64,000 nt of DNA from Octopus sinensis. Lineage: Eukaryota. A model generated the notes under the pieces. The model did no database searches. It worked only from the letters and a program-made list of their open reading frames with translations, and was not told where the DNA came from. The position numbers and the translations under genes were made by a program. The stretch lies in the NCBI RefSeq assembly GCF_006345805.1, contig NC_042998.1:31310001-31374000 (forward strand). The letters run 5' to 3'. How positions within the stretch are numbered: position 1 is the stretch's first letter; each line of letters starts with the position of its first letter. This document shows positions 1 to 12,530 of the stretch, piece by piece.

Positions 1-49
1 TCGAGGCCAAATTGCATTCTGATGTCATCACTGAACTGTTAAACAATCG

Positions 50-50
50 C

Positions 51-81
<31 letters not shown>

Positions 82-123
82 GCTGTTGTTGTTGTTGTTA
101 ATAATAATAATAATAATAATAAT
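50..123. repeat. Compound (ATT)n-(GTT)n-(AAT)n microsatellite
   Basis: Directly visible trinucleotide runs. Confidence 0.95.
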
Positions 124-137
124 ACACATACACATAT

Positions 138-410
138 GTAGTTGATGTTGCATGTCCCTTGACCCATAAATAGCCAAGAAAGAAGGTAAAAAAAAGAGAT
201 ATATATAATCCTTTTAAGTATGAAATAGTCTGGCTATGGAAAATGAAGGAGGTAAAGATAGTGCCAGTTATTGTTGTTTCCATGGGGACAGTATCAGAAG
301 GCATCTGGAGGAATATAAAGGAAATTGGAATAGAGTACCCAGTAGAACTGTTCCAAAAGGTTTACCTCCTTGGTGTGGCCAGAATAATCAGGAAAGTATT
401 AGATAACTGA
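138..410 (+). mobile_element. 5'-truncated R4/Dong-clade non-LTR retrotransposon remnant (restriction-like endonuclease C-terminus)
   Basis: With one frameshift and one stop it reads VVDVACP..D.*IAKKEGKKRDIYNPFKYEIVWLWKMKEVKIVPVIVVSMGTVSEGIWRNIKEIGIEYPVELFQKVYLLGVARIIRKVLDN*. This matches the DVACPFD..KE.EK..KY..L..EI.RLW..VVPIVIGALG..LQK..LLGTARILRKVL pattern of RLE-type LINE C-termini. Confidence 0.65.
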
Positions 411-2364
411 AAAGAACAAATAGCATATTATGCTTAGAAGTGGTGCATTTTACTTCAATTTTCCATCTCAGGTCCAGTATAACAAAACTACTCCAAATTC
501 TTGTTAGAACATCCATGTAAACAAGTAAAGGACTGGCTAACTTATAATGGCCAGACGTCACATAACAATAATAAAATCAAAACAAATATTGATATTTTGG
601 ATACATTTAATGTGCATGTTTCAGATCATTATGCAAGAGAGAAAAAGAAATTCATCTCTTACACAACCTCCTTAGTGAAGACATTTAAAAATATATGAAT
701 TGTTCAGTAGAATAAACACTTTATGTTTATATCAAAACATTCAGTTGACTAGAAGAGAAAAGAATGGGCGATCTTGATCAATGGCGGCTTGTGTATAGGC
801 ACTGCAGAACTGCAGCACCCCTATTTCCACTCAATATTACCAATAACATTCAATATAATGAGTCCTTTTTTCTTTAATTCTTTCTTTATACTTGTACATT
901 ATAATAAACCTTAAGCTTAATGTCAGTAGCCATCCCCGAGTTTATGAAAAAACACAAAAATCCTTGTATAGAACTGTGCACAGTTTCAGCGATGCGCTGT
1001 TTGGCTGTTGTGTGCATGCTCACATGTTGGTGATAGGAAGAGTGAGGTGGAAGAATGAAAATAGATGTGAGATATGCAGGGATATTGTATTTGTAGAGCC
1101 GTTATTTAGGCAGAATGGTGTACATATAATAGTCCAATACCTTATGAGTAAAATTCAATAGTAATTAAAATTGGTCATTCCAAGTATAGAGTTTATACAT
1201 AGTGTTATTGAATCAAGGGTTAGAACCGATATGCCAATTCTATCAAGACTAGTATAAACGCTACACCTTTAAAAATGGACTTGTTTGATTGGTCCTTTCG
1301 ATAAACAAAAATGAGCTAAATATAAAATATATAAAATTATAAAAATCGAGGAAAAAACCTTACATCGAATCTTTGGTTAAAATACATATTGTCATTAATA
1401 AAGAAAATATAATTAATACATGGAAATTGAAATTTAAATATCAAAATGCATTAAAATATTTCACAACAGTACATCCTCATACTAAACTATACATATATAC
1501 ATCAATATACACAGATAGATGTGCGCAGACCACATACATATACAGACATATAAATACAAAACGAAAATATACACACAAATGCATGTACACATATGTATAC
1601 ACAATCTAGCTCGCATGCAAAATCACTGTATCCATATAGACTATAAGCTAAATTCATGGATGGGGAAGGGGCGTTCTTATTTACAACAGAAAGCTAAAAA
1701 CATAAGGGAGGGGGACGTAAAGTTACAGGGCTCTATACAAGTAACGAATAGGGAGAGAAAACAGTGAAAGAAAGGAAGAGAGAGAAAAAAGAAAAAGAGA
1801 AAAGGAAAAAAGAAGAAAAGGGAAAGAAGAAAAAAATAATAACATATGAGTGTTTGTATACAAATTATGTGAGCACATATACTGATACGTATATAGAGAT
1901 AAGTATGCAAACACAAGCCCAAGTGGATACATGCATACACTTACATTCGTGTATGTATGTGCTTAAGTACAAACATACGCTCACTTACACATATACAAAG
2001 ACATATGCTTACAAATACATATTCATGTCAATATACATATTCTCATAAAAATGCCTAGGATCTGAGAACATTGTTTTATTTAAAAATGGTGATAATAATA
2101 AAAATTTAGACGAAAGACATGCAAAATATAACACCCTATATTGGATTATCTATAAATTAAATACCAAAGTGAGCCTATACAATATAATAAAATGAAATAA
2201 ACTAAGTGGAAGGTTTTTCCTAAGGAATATGTTGAAATATAAACAAAATATAAACAAATATATGCACAAGACTTTGCTATGCGGAATGAAATCTGCATAG
2301 CGCGAAACAAATCCATCGGTGTGATTAAAGACTAGTCCAAGAATCAAAAATTCAAAAAGACAAA

Positions 2365-2762
2365 TGGCTGTGTGGTAAGTAGCTTGCTAACCAACCACAT
2401 GGTTCCGGGTTCAGTCCCACTGCGTGGCATCTTGGGCAAGTGTCTTCTGCTATAGCCCCGGGCCGACCAATGCCTTGTGAGGGGATTTGGTAGACGGAAA
2501 CTGAAAGAAGCCTGTTGTATATATGTATATATATATAAGTGTGTGTGTATATGTTTGTGTGTCTGTGTTTGTCCCCCTAGCATTGCTTGACAACCGATGC
2601 TGGTGTGTTTACGTCCCCGTAACTTAGCGGTTCGGCCAAAGAGACCGATAGAATAAGTACTGGGCTTACAAAGAATAAGTCCCGGGGTCGATTTGCTCGA
2701 CTAAAAGCGGTGCTTCAGCATGGCCGCAGTCAAATGACTGAAACAAGTATAAGAGTAAGAGT
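2365..2762 (+). mobile_element. Young bipartite tRNA-derived SINE (octopus-type family 1)
   Basis: GGCTGTGTGGTAAG..GGTTCAGTCCC head (A/B-box-like), CTTGGGCAAGTGTCTT core, TA/TG microsatellite and a second half ending ACTGAAACAAGTATAAGAG. The same family recurs at ~14981-15640, 31868-32425, 47284-47420 and 47566-47926. Confidence 0.85.
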
Positions 2763-2981
2763 ATACGCTATCCATATGGGATATTTATGTTCGACATTTT
2801 GAATTTGGTTGCGTGCCTGTATGTGTTAAAAGTTCGCTTCTTTGATTCAAAGAATTATTGTCTTTGAATAAAATGTAATATTTTTCTAACAAACAGAGAT
2901 TGCATTTAAAATGCAACTATATAAAAGAAACTGCAAGATTCATACACTAAATGAATTGATATGTGTGTGTTTATGTATGTA

Positions 2982-3221
2982 CAGTAATCCCTCGCCATAT
3001 TGCAGTTCACCTATCGCGGTTCATCTATCATGTTTCACCTTTCCTTGTTCACCCATCGATTCCTCTGTGGTATTGCTTTGCAGCTTTAATAAAATAGATA
3101 TATACAAATTATAAAAATAATTTTATAAAATATACAGTACAGTACTATTTCTATTTCATGGATTTTCACCTATCGCAGGGGTTTTTGGAATGTAACACCT
3201 ACAATAATCGAGGGATTACTG
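2982..3221. mobile_element. Tigger/pogo-like MITE, 240 bp
   Basis: Perfect 13-bp TIRs CAGTAATCCCTCG / CGAGGGATTACTG flanked by TA on both sides. Confidence 0.85.
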
Positions 3222-3462
3222 TATACCATTTCAGAATTTCTGGAAGCTCTTAGCTATGCAATTTAGAAATTATTCTTACCAATTCAAGTATATATGATAT
3301 CCGTTCAATACTATAATTGTAAATAATCATATGCTTGTTTATATTTGACGCAGTTTTGAAGATAATGATATTCAGTTGTAAAATTGTAAAATTATTTTGT
3401 TGAAATAAACTTAAATTTTGAAATAGTTTGTTTAGATTCATTTATTTTCGATTTTTCCACAG

Positions 3463-6400
3463 CTTCATTGATCAGTTCTACAAAAGCTACAAGAAGCACG
3501 ATATCATCAAGAACAACCAGTGCACCAACTCCAGCAAGTACTGTACAATCCACCACCACAGCTCCAACAACAACAACTACTGTAAAATCTACCACCACTG
3601 CCCCAACTACAACAAGTGCTGTACCATCCACCACCACTGCCCCAACTACAACTACTGTAAAATCTACTACCACTGCCCCAACTACAACTACTGTACCATC
3701 CACCACCACAGCCCCAACTACAACTACTGTAAAATCTACCACCACTGCCCCTACTACAACTACTGTACCATCCACCACCACTGCCCCAACTACAACTACT
3801 GTACCATCCACCACCACTGCCCCAACAACAACAAGTGCCGTACCATCCACCACCACTGCCCCAACTACAACTACTGTACCATCCACCACCACTGCCCCAA
3901 CTACAACTACTGTAAAATCTACCACCGCTACCCCAACTACAACTACTGTACCATCCACCACCACAGCCCCAATTACAACTACTGTACCATCCACCACCAC
4001 AGCCCCAACTACAACTACTGTACCATCCACCACCACTGCCCCAACTACAACAAGTGCCGTACCATCCACCACCACTGCCCCAACTACAACAAGTGCCGTA
4101 CCATCCACCACCACTGCCCCAACTACAACTACTGTACCATCCACCACCACTGCCCCAACTACAACTACTGTAAAATCTACCACCACTGCCCCTACTACAA
4201 CTACTGTACCATCCTCCACCACTGCCCCTACTACAACTACTGTACCATCCACCACCACTGCCCCAACAACAACAAGTGCCGTACCATCCACCACCACTGC
4301 CCCAACTACAACTACTGTACCATCCACCACCACTGCCCCAACTACAACTACTGTAAAATCTACCACCGCTACCCCAACTACAACTACTGTACCATCCACC
4401 ACCACAGCCCCAATTACAACTACTGTACCATCCACCACCACAGCCCCAACTACAACTACTGTACCATCCACCACCACTGCCCCAACTACAACAAGTGCCG
4501 TACCATCCACCACCACTGCCCCAACTACAACAAGTGCCGTACCATCCACCACCACTGCCCCAACTACAACTACTGTACCATCCACCACCACTGCCCCAAC
4601 TACAACTACTGTAAAATATACCACCACTGCCCCAACTACAACTACTGTACCACCCACCACCACAGCCCCAACTACAACTACTGTACCATCCACCACCACT
4701 GCCCCAACTACAACAAGTGCCGTACCATCCACCACTACTGCCCCAACTACAACTACTGTACCATCCACCACCACCGCCCCAACTACAACTACTGTAAAAT
4801 CTACCACCACTGCCCCAACTACAACTACTGTACCATCCACCACCACAGCCCCAACTACAACTACTGTACCATCCACCACCACTGCCCCAACTACAACAAC
4901 TGTACCATCCACTACCACTGCCCCAACTACAACTACTGTAAAATCTACTACCACTGCCCCAACTACAACTACTGTACCATCCACCACCACAGCCCCAACT
5001 ACAACTACTGTACCATCCACCACCACTGCTCCAACTACAACTACTGTACCATCCACCACCACTGCCCCAACTAAAACTACTGTAAAATCTACCACTGCCC
5101 CAACTACAACTACTGTAAAATCTACCACCACTGCCCCAACTACAACAAGTGCTGTACCATCCACAACCACTACCCCAACTACAACTACTGTAAAATCTAC
5201 TACCACTGCCCCAACTACAACTACTGTACCATCCACCACCACTGCCCCAACTACAACTACTGTACCATCCACCACCACTGCCCCAACTACAACTACTGTA
5301 CCATCCACTGCCACTGCCCCAACTACAACTACTGTACCATCCACCACCACTGCTCCAACTACAACTACTGTACCATCCACCACCACTGCCCCAACTAAAA
5401 CTACTGTAAAATCTACCACTGCCCCAACTACAACTACTGTAAAATCTACCACCACTGCCCCAACTACAACAAGTGCTGTACCATCCACCACCACTACCCC
5501 AACTACAACTACTGTAAAATCTACTACCACTGCCCCAACTACAACTACTGTACCATCCACCACCACTGCCCCAACTACAACTACTGTACCATCCACCACC
5601 ACTGCTCCAACTACAACTACTGTACCATCCACCACCACTGCCCCAACTACAACTACTGTACCATCCACCACCACTGCTCCAACTACAACTACTGTACCAT
5701 CCACCACCACTGCCCCAACTAAAACTACTGTAAAATCTACCACTGCCCCAACTACAACTACTGTAAAATCTACCACCACTGCCCCAACTACAACAAGTGC
5801 TGTACCATCCACCACCACTACCCCAACTACAACTACTGTAAAATCTACTACCACTGCCCCAACTACAACTACTGTACCATCCACCACCACTGCCCCAACT
5901 ACAACTACTGTACCATCCACCACCACTGCTCCAACTACAACTACTGTACCATCCACCACCACTGCCCCAACTACAACTACTGTACCATCCACCACCACTG
6001 CTCCAACTACAACTACTGTACCATTCACCACCACTGCCCCAACTACAACTACTGTACCATCCACTACCACTGCCCCAACTACAACTACTGTACCATCCAC
6101 CACCACTGCCCCAACTACAACTACTGTACCATCCACCACCACAGCCCCAACTACAACTACTGTACCATCCACCACCACTGCCCCAACTACAACTACTGTA
6201 CCATCCTCCACCACAGCCCCAACTATAACTACTGTACCATCCACCACCACTGCCCCAACTAAAACTACTGTACCATCCACTACCTCTGCCCCAACTAAAA
6301 CTACTGTACCATCCTCCACCATAGCCCCAACTACAACTACTGTACCATCCACCACCACTGCCCCAACTACAACTACTGTACCATCCACCACCACTGCCCC

Positions 6401-8454
6401 AACTGCAACTACTGTACCATCCACTACCTCTGCCCCAACTAAAACTACTGTACCATCCTCCACCACAGCCCCAACTACAACTACTGTACCATCCACCACC
6501 ACAGCCCCAACTACAACTACTGTACCATCCACTACCACAGCCCCAACTACAACTACTGTATCATCCACCACCACTGCCCCAACTACAACTACTGTACCAT
6601 CCACTACCTCTGCCCCAACTAAAACTACTGTACCATATTCCACCACAGCCCCAACTACAACTACTGTACCATCCACCACCACAGCCCCAACTACAACTAC
6701 TGTACCATCCACCACCACTGCCCCAACTACAACTACTGTACCATCCTCCACCACAGCCCCAACTACAACTACTGTACCATCCTCCACCACAGCCCCAACT
6801 ACAACTACTGTACCATCCACCACCACAGCCCCAACTACAACTACTGTACCATCCACTACCTCTGCCCCAACTAAAACTACTGTACCATCCTCCACCACAG
6901 CCCCAACTACAACTACTGTACCATCCACCACCACTGCCCCAACTACAACTACTGTATCATCCTCCACCACAGCCCCAACTATAACTACTGTACCATCCAC
7001 CACCACAGCCACAACTACAACTACTGTACCATCCACCACCACTGCCCCAACTACATCAAGTACTGTACCATCCACCACCACTGCCCCGACTACAACTACC
7101 GTACCATCCACTACCACTGCCCCAACTACAACTAGTGTACCATCCACCACCACTGCCCCAATTACAACTACTGTACCATCCTCCACCACAGCCCCAACTA
7201 CAACTACTGTACTATCCTCCACCACAGCCCCAACTACAACTACTGTACCATCCACCACCACAGCCCCAACTACAACTACTGTACCATCCACTACCTCTGC
7301 CCCAACTAAAACTACTGTACCATCCTCCACCACAGCCCCAACTACAACTACTGTACCATCCACCACCACTGCCCCAACTACAACTACTGTACCATCCTCC
7401 ACCACAGTCCCAACTATAACTACTGTACCATCCACCACCACTACCCCAACTACAACTACTGTACCATCCACCACCACTGCCCCAACTACATCAAGTACTG
7501 TACCATCCACCACCACTGCCCCGACTACAACTACCGTACCATCCACTACCACTGCCCCAACTACAACTAGTGTACCATCCACCACCACTGCCCCAATTAC
7601 ATCTACTGTACCATCCACCACCACAGCCCCAACTACAACTACTGTACCATCCACTACCACTGCCCCAACTACAACTACTGTACCATCCACTACCACTGCC
7701 GCAACTACAACTACTGTACCATCCACCACCACAGCCCCAACTACAACTACTGTACCATCCACTACCACTGCCCCAACTACAACTATTGTACCATCCACCA
7801 CCACTGCCCCAACTACATCAAGTACTGTACCATCCACCACCATTGCCTCAACTACAACTACAGTAAAATCTACTACCACTGCCCCAACTACGACTACTGT
7901 ACCATCCACCACCACTGCCCCAACTACATCAAGTACTGTACCATCCACCACCATTGCCTCAACTGCAACTACAGTAAAATCTACTACCAGTGCCCCAACT
8001 ATGACTACTGTACCATCCACCACCACTGCTCCAACTACAACTACTGTAAAATATACTACCAGTGCCCCAACTACAACTACTGTAAAATCTACCACCATTG
8101 CCCCAACTACAACTACTGTACCATCCACCACCACTGCCCCAACTACAACTACTGTACCATCCATCACCACTGCTCCAACTACAACTACTGTAAAATCTAC
8201 TACCACTGCCCCAACTACTACTACTCTACCATCCACCACCATTGCCCCAACTACATCAAGTATTTTACCATCGACCGCCACTGCCCCAACTACAACAAGT
8301 TCCGTACCTTCCACATCCACATCACCAACTACAAGTACCACTGGCATAACAGGTACATACCCTATAAAACCGGTATCTAAAGAAACTATACCACCGTTTC
8401 CACCTGAAAATGTCACTGTTGCTGCCACAACCCCTTCAGCTATTATCACCCCTG
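3463..8454 (+). CDS. Giant PTS mucin exon (4992 nt, phase 1-1) of a mucin/SCO-spondin-like gene
   Basis: Acceptor ttttcgatttttccacAG at 3461-62 and donor G|GTACGT at 8455. Open frame of Thr-rich 12-aa repeats (VPSTTTAPTTTT) with no Cys; phase joins the next exon. Confidence 0.9.
3560..8260 (+). repeat. 36-bp coding minisatellite (VNTR) with 324-, 435- and 441-nt higher-order blocks
   Basis: Unit gtaccatccaccaccactgccccaactacaactact with 33- and 39-bp variants. Marker variants recur at fixed periods (see findings). Confidence 0.95.
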
Positions 8455-9183
8455 GTACGTCACTATTTGTTATTTTGTCTTGTTTATACTTGTAATATGT
8501 TTGGCTAATGCCTACCTTTTATACAAAGCAATATATGTTGCCGTTAGGAATATTGTGACTCTTTCTGCTCACTCAACTTTATTTAATTATATCTTCATTC
8601 TTTTATTGTTTTATTCTTTTACTTGTTTCTGTCTTTTGACCGAGGCCATGCTGGATTATCGCCTTTAATGTTGTTAAAATCTTTTCTACTATAGCCACAT
8701 TTTAATAATGGGTCTATTTTTATCCTTCAACTTTCCTCCCACTTAAATTTTTCCTTTTCAGCTTTTCTTCTTTGTTTTATTTCTCTTTCCTCCTCTCTCT
8801 CACCAAGTTTCTCTTTCCCTACTGCTTCATTTCTATGTATGAAGCTCACATTCTCATGGGTTACTCATCAGTTGCAGCCAGTTTCTCAACCATAATAAAT
8901 GTGAAACTCTTCTGACTTTTATTTCCCACCTGTCATTTCTACTTTAAAGGACACTGTCTGAAACATTGTTTCCACATAACACAAGTTTTACCAACATAGA
9001 CTGCCACCAGTCTCCTTGGGTTATGTTTTATCTACAATATTTTATGCACATGTTTTGATACAGCCCTTTTGTTTTTCATCATGATTTCATTTGTTTGATT
9101 ATTTTTCAGTTATTTGCTTATAATCCTTGACTACATGTTTTTTTTTCTGTTTTGTATCATTTCCATTTAAATATATTTTTCAG

Positions 9184-9355
9184 TTTGTGCCCTCACCCCT
9201 TGTGAAATTGAATTATTATTGGGATTCATTCCGGGAGATGTTGTTGGTTGGGTTGAAAAAGATGGTATTTCAGGTGTCAGTAGTGATGCAGAAGTAGTGC
9301 ATGCTAATGATAAAATTGAAGATGGTGTTACAGTTTATATTCAGTGTAATAACTG
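9184..9355 (+). CDS. Exon: Cys-containing TILa/VWC-like module, part 1
   Basis: ttttcAG|TTTGTGCC..AACTG|GTAAGT; encodes VCALTPCEIELLLG...VYIQCNN(C); phase 1 to 2. Confidence 0.85.
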
Positions 9356-10438
9356 GTAAGTACAGAAAATGTGTGACTGAATTTCATTGAATATTAAGGG
9401 TTATACTATAATTATTATAGGGAAAAAGACCTGTTTACATTTATTTTCTTTCATTTGGATTGAAAGAATATTATTTTAAAGTAGAAACTCATGCAATGAT
9501 TTTACAGATATATGTATGGAGAAATAACCATTTTAAAACTTTAATGTTGTATAACATTTCTTAATAAGTGAATTACATTTGAGGGATTTAAAAAATGCAG
9601 AAAATTTATTTTTAGATCAAAACTGAAATTTTACATTTTTACTTTCATTTTATATTGAAATATAACATTAGAGCCTTGGTTTATGATCACTTCTCTTATC
9701 TTTGGCACTTGGCCATTTTAGTTGGTTCCACTCTCTCTCTCTCAGCTAAGAAATCTTTGTCTTGCAAGCTGCCTGGTGACCCTGTGGATACTGGAGCCTC
9801 ATAGAAAGCACCTGTGCTGGTGCCGTGTAAAAAGCACCCATGCTGGTGCCACATAAAAATCACCCAGTACACACTGTAAATTGGTTGGTGTTAGGAAAGG
9901 TATCCAGCTATAGAAACCTTGCTAAAATAGATAATAGGAGCCTGGTGCAGCATTCCAGCTTGACAGCTCCTGTCAAACCGTCCAACTTGTGCCAGCAAAG
10001 GAAAATGGACTTTAAATGATGATATGATGATAATGATGAGGAGGATATTATATATACTAACTTTACAATAATTATAAGTTAAGACTTCTTAATTAAAAGT
10101 TAGTTATTGACATTTCATATACAGACATATATACAATATATATAATATAACTAATTATTTGTCATATTTTGCATTGTAACAAATAAAATTGTAACACAAA
10201 TTTTGGATTAGGCTGTAGAATAAGTATAAGCTATCATTGGCTCTGAATCATTTTGTGAATTTAATAGTCATCATTAATTAAAACTGTTCTTTCTCTTTGC
10301 TTCTCATTCATTGCCATTCTGAGTTTCTTGCAGTTATGTATTCATTCAGACTCTTCAGTATATGTGTGTGTGTGTGCACGCACACATACATACTTCTATG
10401 CATGTATGTTTTATATATATATCTAATATTTTTTCCAG

Positions 10439-10485
10439 TACCTGTGACAAGACGAAGTTGCGATGCACTAGTAAGATATGTCATG
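10439..10485 (+). CDS. Exon: TILa/VWC-like module, part 2 (47 nt)
   Basis: ttttccAG|T ACC TGT..CAT G|GTATGT; completes CNNCTCDKTKLRCTSKICH; phase 2 to 1. Confidence 0.85.
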
Positions 10486-10574
10486 GTATGTAGACTTCTA
10501 TGTTTTTTTAAAATTTATTCTAGGATTAAGCAATGCATTAATACTAGCAGTATGAGCAAAATTCCCTTTCTTCA

Positions 10575-11110
10575 CCAGCTATGTAGATGACATCCTCCTG
10601 TGAAGAGGCTGACAGAATATTCATGACATTCAACAAAGTGGACACGAACATAAAGTTCACTATAGAACATACCGACAACACTGGATCACTATCGCTACTT
10701 GACTTCCAACTGAAAATAATGGAAGAAGGCAAGATCCATACTATGTTCTACAGGAAAGCAGCCAGTAGAGATATGTTTGTCCAGTACAGTTCAGCACTTC
10801 CACTTGGTGCCAAATTAGGATATGCCAGAAACGAACTTGTATGCATCTAGAACCAGTGCAGCAGGACAGAGGACAAGGTGACCCATCCGAAGAGACACAA
10901 GAAGTGATAGACTAGACGTAAAACTAGCCCACTCTGGCCCCTCTCTGAAAAAACATTTTGCAAGGAAACAGGCAAAGGACAGCAATCAATGCACACTCGC
11001 AAACTGCCCCATACACGTTCGCATCAAAGAACATCTGAACACGAGAGCCTCTTCCTTCAGAAAGCATCTAGATATATATAACTTATGAGCAGCACTATAG
11101 AGGGGCCAGC
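10575..11110 (+). mobile_element. Degenerate Penelope-like element (RT C-terminus plus GIY-YIG remnant)
   Basis: FNKVDTNIKFTIEHTDNTGSLSLLDFQLKI..TMFYRKAASRDMFVQYSSALP..K matches the PLE RT IKFT.E..LPFLD..YRKP region. Downstream PIHVRIKEHLN..SS.RKHL is GIY-YIG-like. Confidence 0.75.
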
Positions 11111-12125
11111 ACACTCAAGCTTGAGACATGGCTGCCCTCATGCACTTCTCACAAGGAATTCCGGAAGGAGCTTCGCGAGACCAGTCCAGAGATGCTTCCG
11201 GGGGATAAAAAAAATGGAAAATAAATAAACCGTTGGAAAATCGATTATAGCAGTGACTCGATCAATTCCTAGGGATATTTGAAGAAGGAATTTTTATATT
11301 CTGAAATATTATATCAAACTATGGATGATTAAATTACAACAGTTATTATAGTCCATTATTGTTATTATAGTGCATTGTGCCATTCAAAACACATTATTAT
11401 TATTTTTTACAAACAATACACAATGCTTCAAGTGAACTACAATACTCTCCTAGCTTTATTTCTCAATTTTAGTTTCTTTCACCACTTCATATAAATGTCC
11501 TTAAGTTATTTTCATACAAGTTGTGGCAAAATATGTTTGTTATGCTCAATATTTTTGAAGTTTTTACTGTTTTTATTCCAATTTTTCTCATATATACATA
11601 CATATATATATAGTTCAAATTTACAGAAAAACAAAAGATGAAGACTGGTGTAGGAACAACAAACAAGTGTATTAGTTTAATGTTTGAGAAAATGGGGAAA
11701 TTCTTTACATTTTAAGCCTATGCTCTTCACAAGAAAGGAATAAGAGTAAAAAAATGGAGAGAACGGAAAAAAAACAGAGATAGAAAAACTGTATAGAGTT
11801 CAGTAATCCATATGTGTATGTGTGTGTGTGTGTGTGTGTGTGAAGGTGAATGGCTTTGTGTTTAGGGTGTTGCACTCATGATCACTAGGTTGTGGGTTTG
11901 ACTACAAGACCAATCCCCAAGTTGGGTTTTTGAGAAAAACATTTAATTTCCTGTTGCCACAGTCCACTCAATTGTAACTGGGTAACTCTGTGACAGATTA
12001 GCATTCATAATGGTGGCCTGCTTACCTAGCTAGTGGGGCAGCATCATTTGAAAGTTAGAATAATATAAAATGTATTGTGACCAGTGATGTATAACAATAT
12101 TCGATAGTCTGGTTGACCATGTGAT

Positions 12126-12530
12126 ATCATCATCATCATTTAGCATTCATTATCCATGCTGACATGGGTTGGGCAGTTTGACCAGGTTGGTAAGCTGAGT
12201 GGCTGCACCAGACCCCAATCTGATTTGACGTGGTTTCTATGGCTGGCTGCCTTGCCAAAAGCCAACCACTCCTAGACTGTAATGGGTGCTTTTACATGCC
12301 GCCAGCATGGGTGCAAGTTGTGTGACACAAGTATAAATGACTTCAATTTCATTTGGCTTGATGGGTCTTGTTCTCAAGTACAGCATATTGTCAAAGGTCT
12401 CAGTCATCTGTCATTGCCTCTGTGAGGCCCAATGCTTGAAAGGTGCTTTTTACATGCCATTGGCATGAGTGCCAGTTATGCGATACCAGCATTGGCCACA
12501 TTGCTGCAGTGAGGCCCAGTGCTCGACAAG
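12126..12530 (-). mobile_element. RTE-clade LINE 3' fragment with (CAT)n tail
   Basis: Matches the 3' ORF end and UTR of the RTE at 23165-24525. Shorter 3'-tail copies lie at about 9770-10045, 13880-14090, 14150-14500, 35850-36020, 37610-37755, 39770-39975 and 42213-42580. Confidence 0.75.

Noticed and set aside
1373-2048. Several 65-95-aa ORFs in TA/CA/GA-rich sequence
   Set aside because: Low-complexity microsatellite translations with no domain features.
1-3462. Upstream coding exons of the mucin-like gene
   Set aside because: No AG..GT-bounded, phase-1-ending exon with Cys-rich or signal-peptide character was found; the N-terminus is presumed outside the window.
3428-5074. 548-aa His/Cys-rich frame (CTIHHHCPNYNY repeats) that looks like a metal-binding protein
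   Set aside because: Shifted reading of the same 36-bp repeat. It ends at the first ACT-AAA variant and has no independent start or splice support.
3560-8260. Regular repeat array as CRISPR-like
   Set aside because: Contiguous coding tandem units with no unique spacers, in a eukaryotic intron-exon context.
3392-8449. 1685-aa Val-rich antisense ORF (VVVVGAVVVDGT repeats)
   Set aside because: Shadow of the PTS repeat. A stop in this frame needs a sense Tyr codon after T/C or a His/Gln codon after T, which the repeat lacks. The sense frame has splice sites that chain into the Cys-rich exons.
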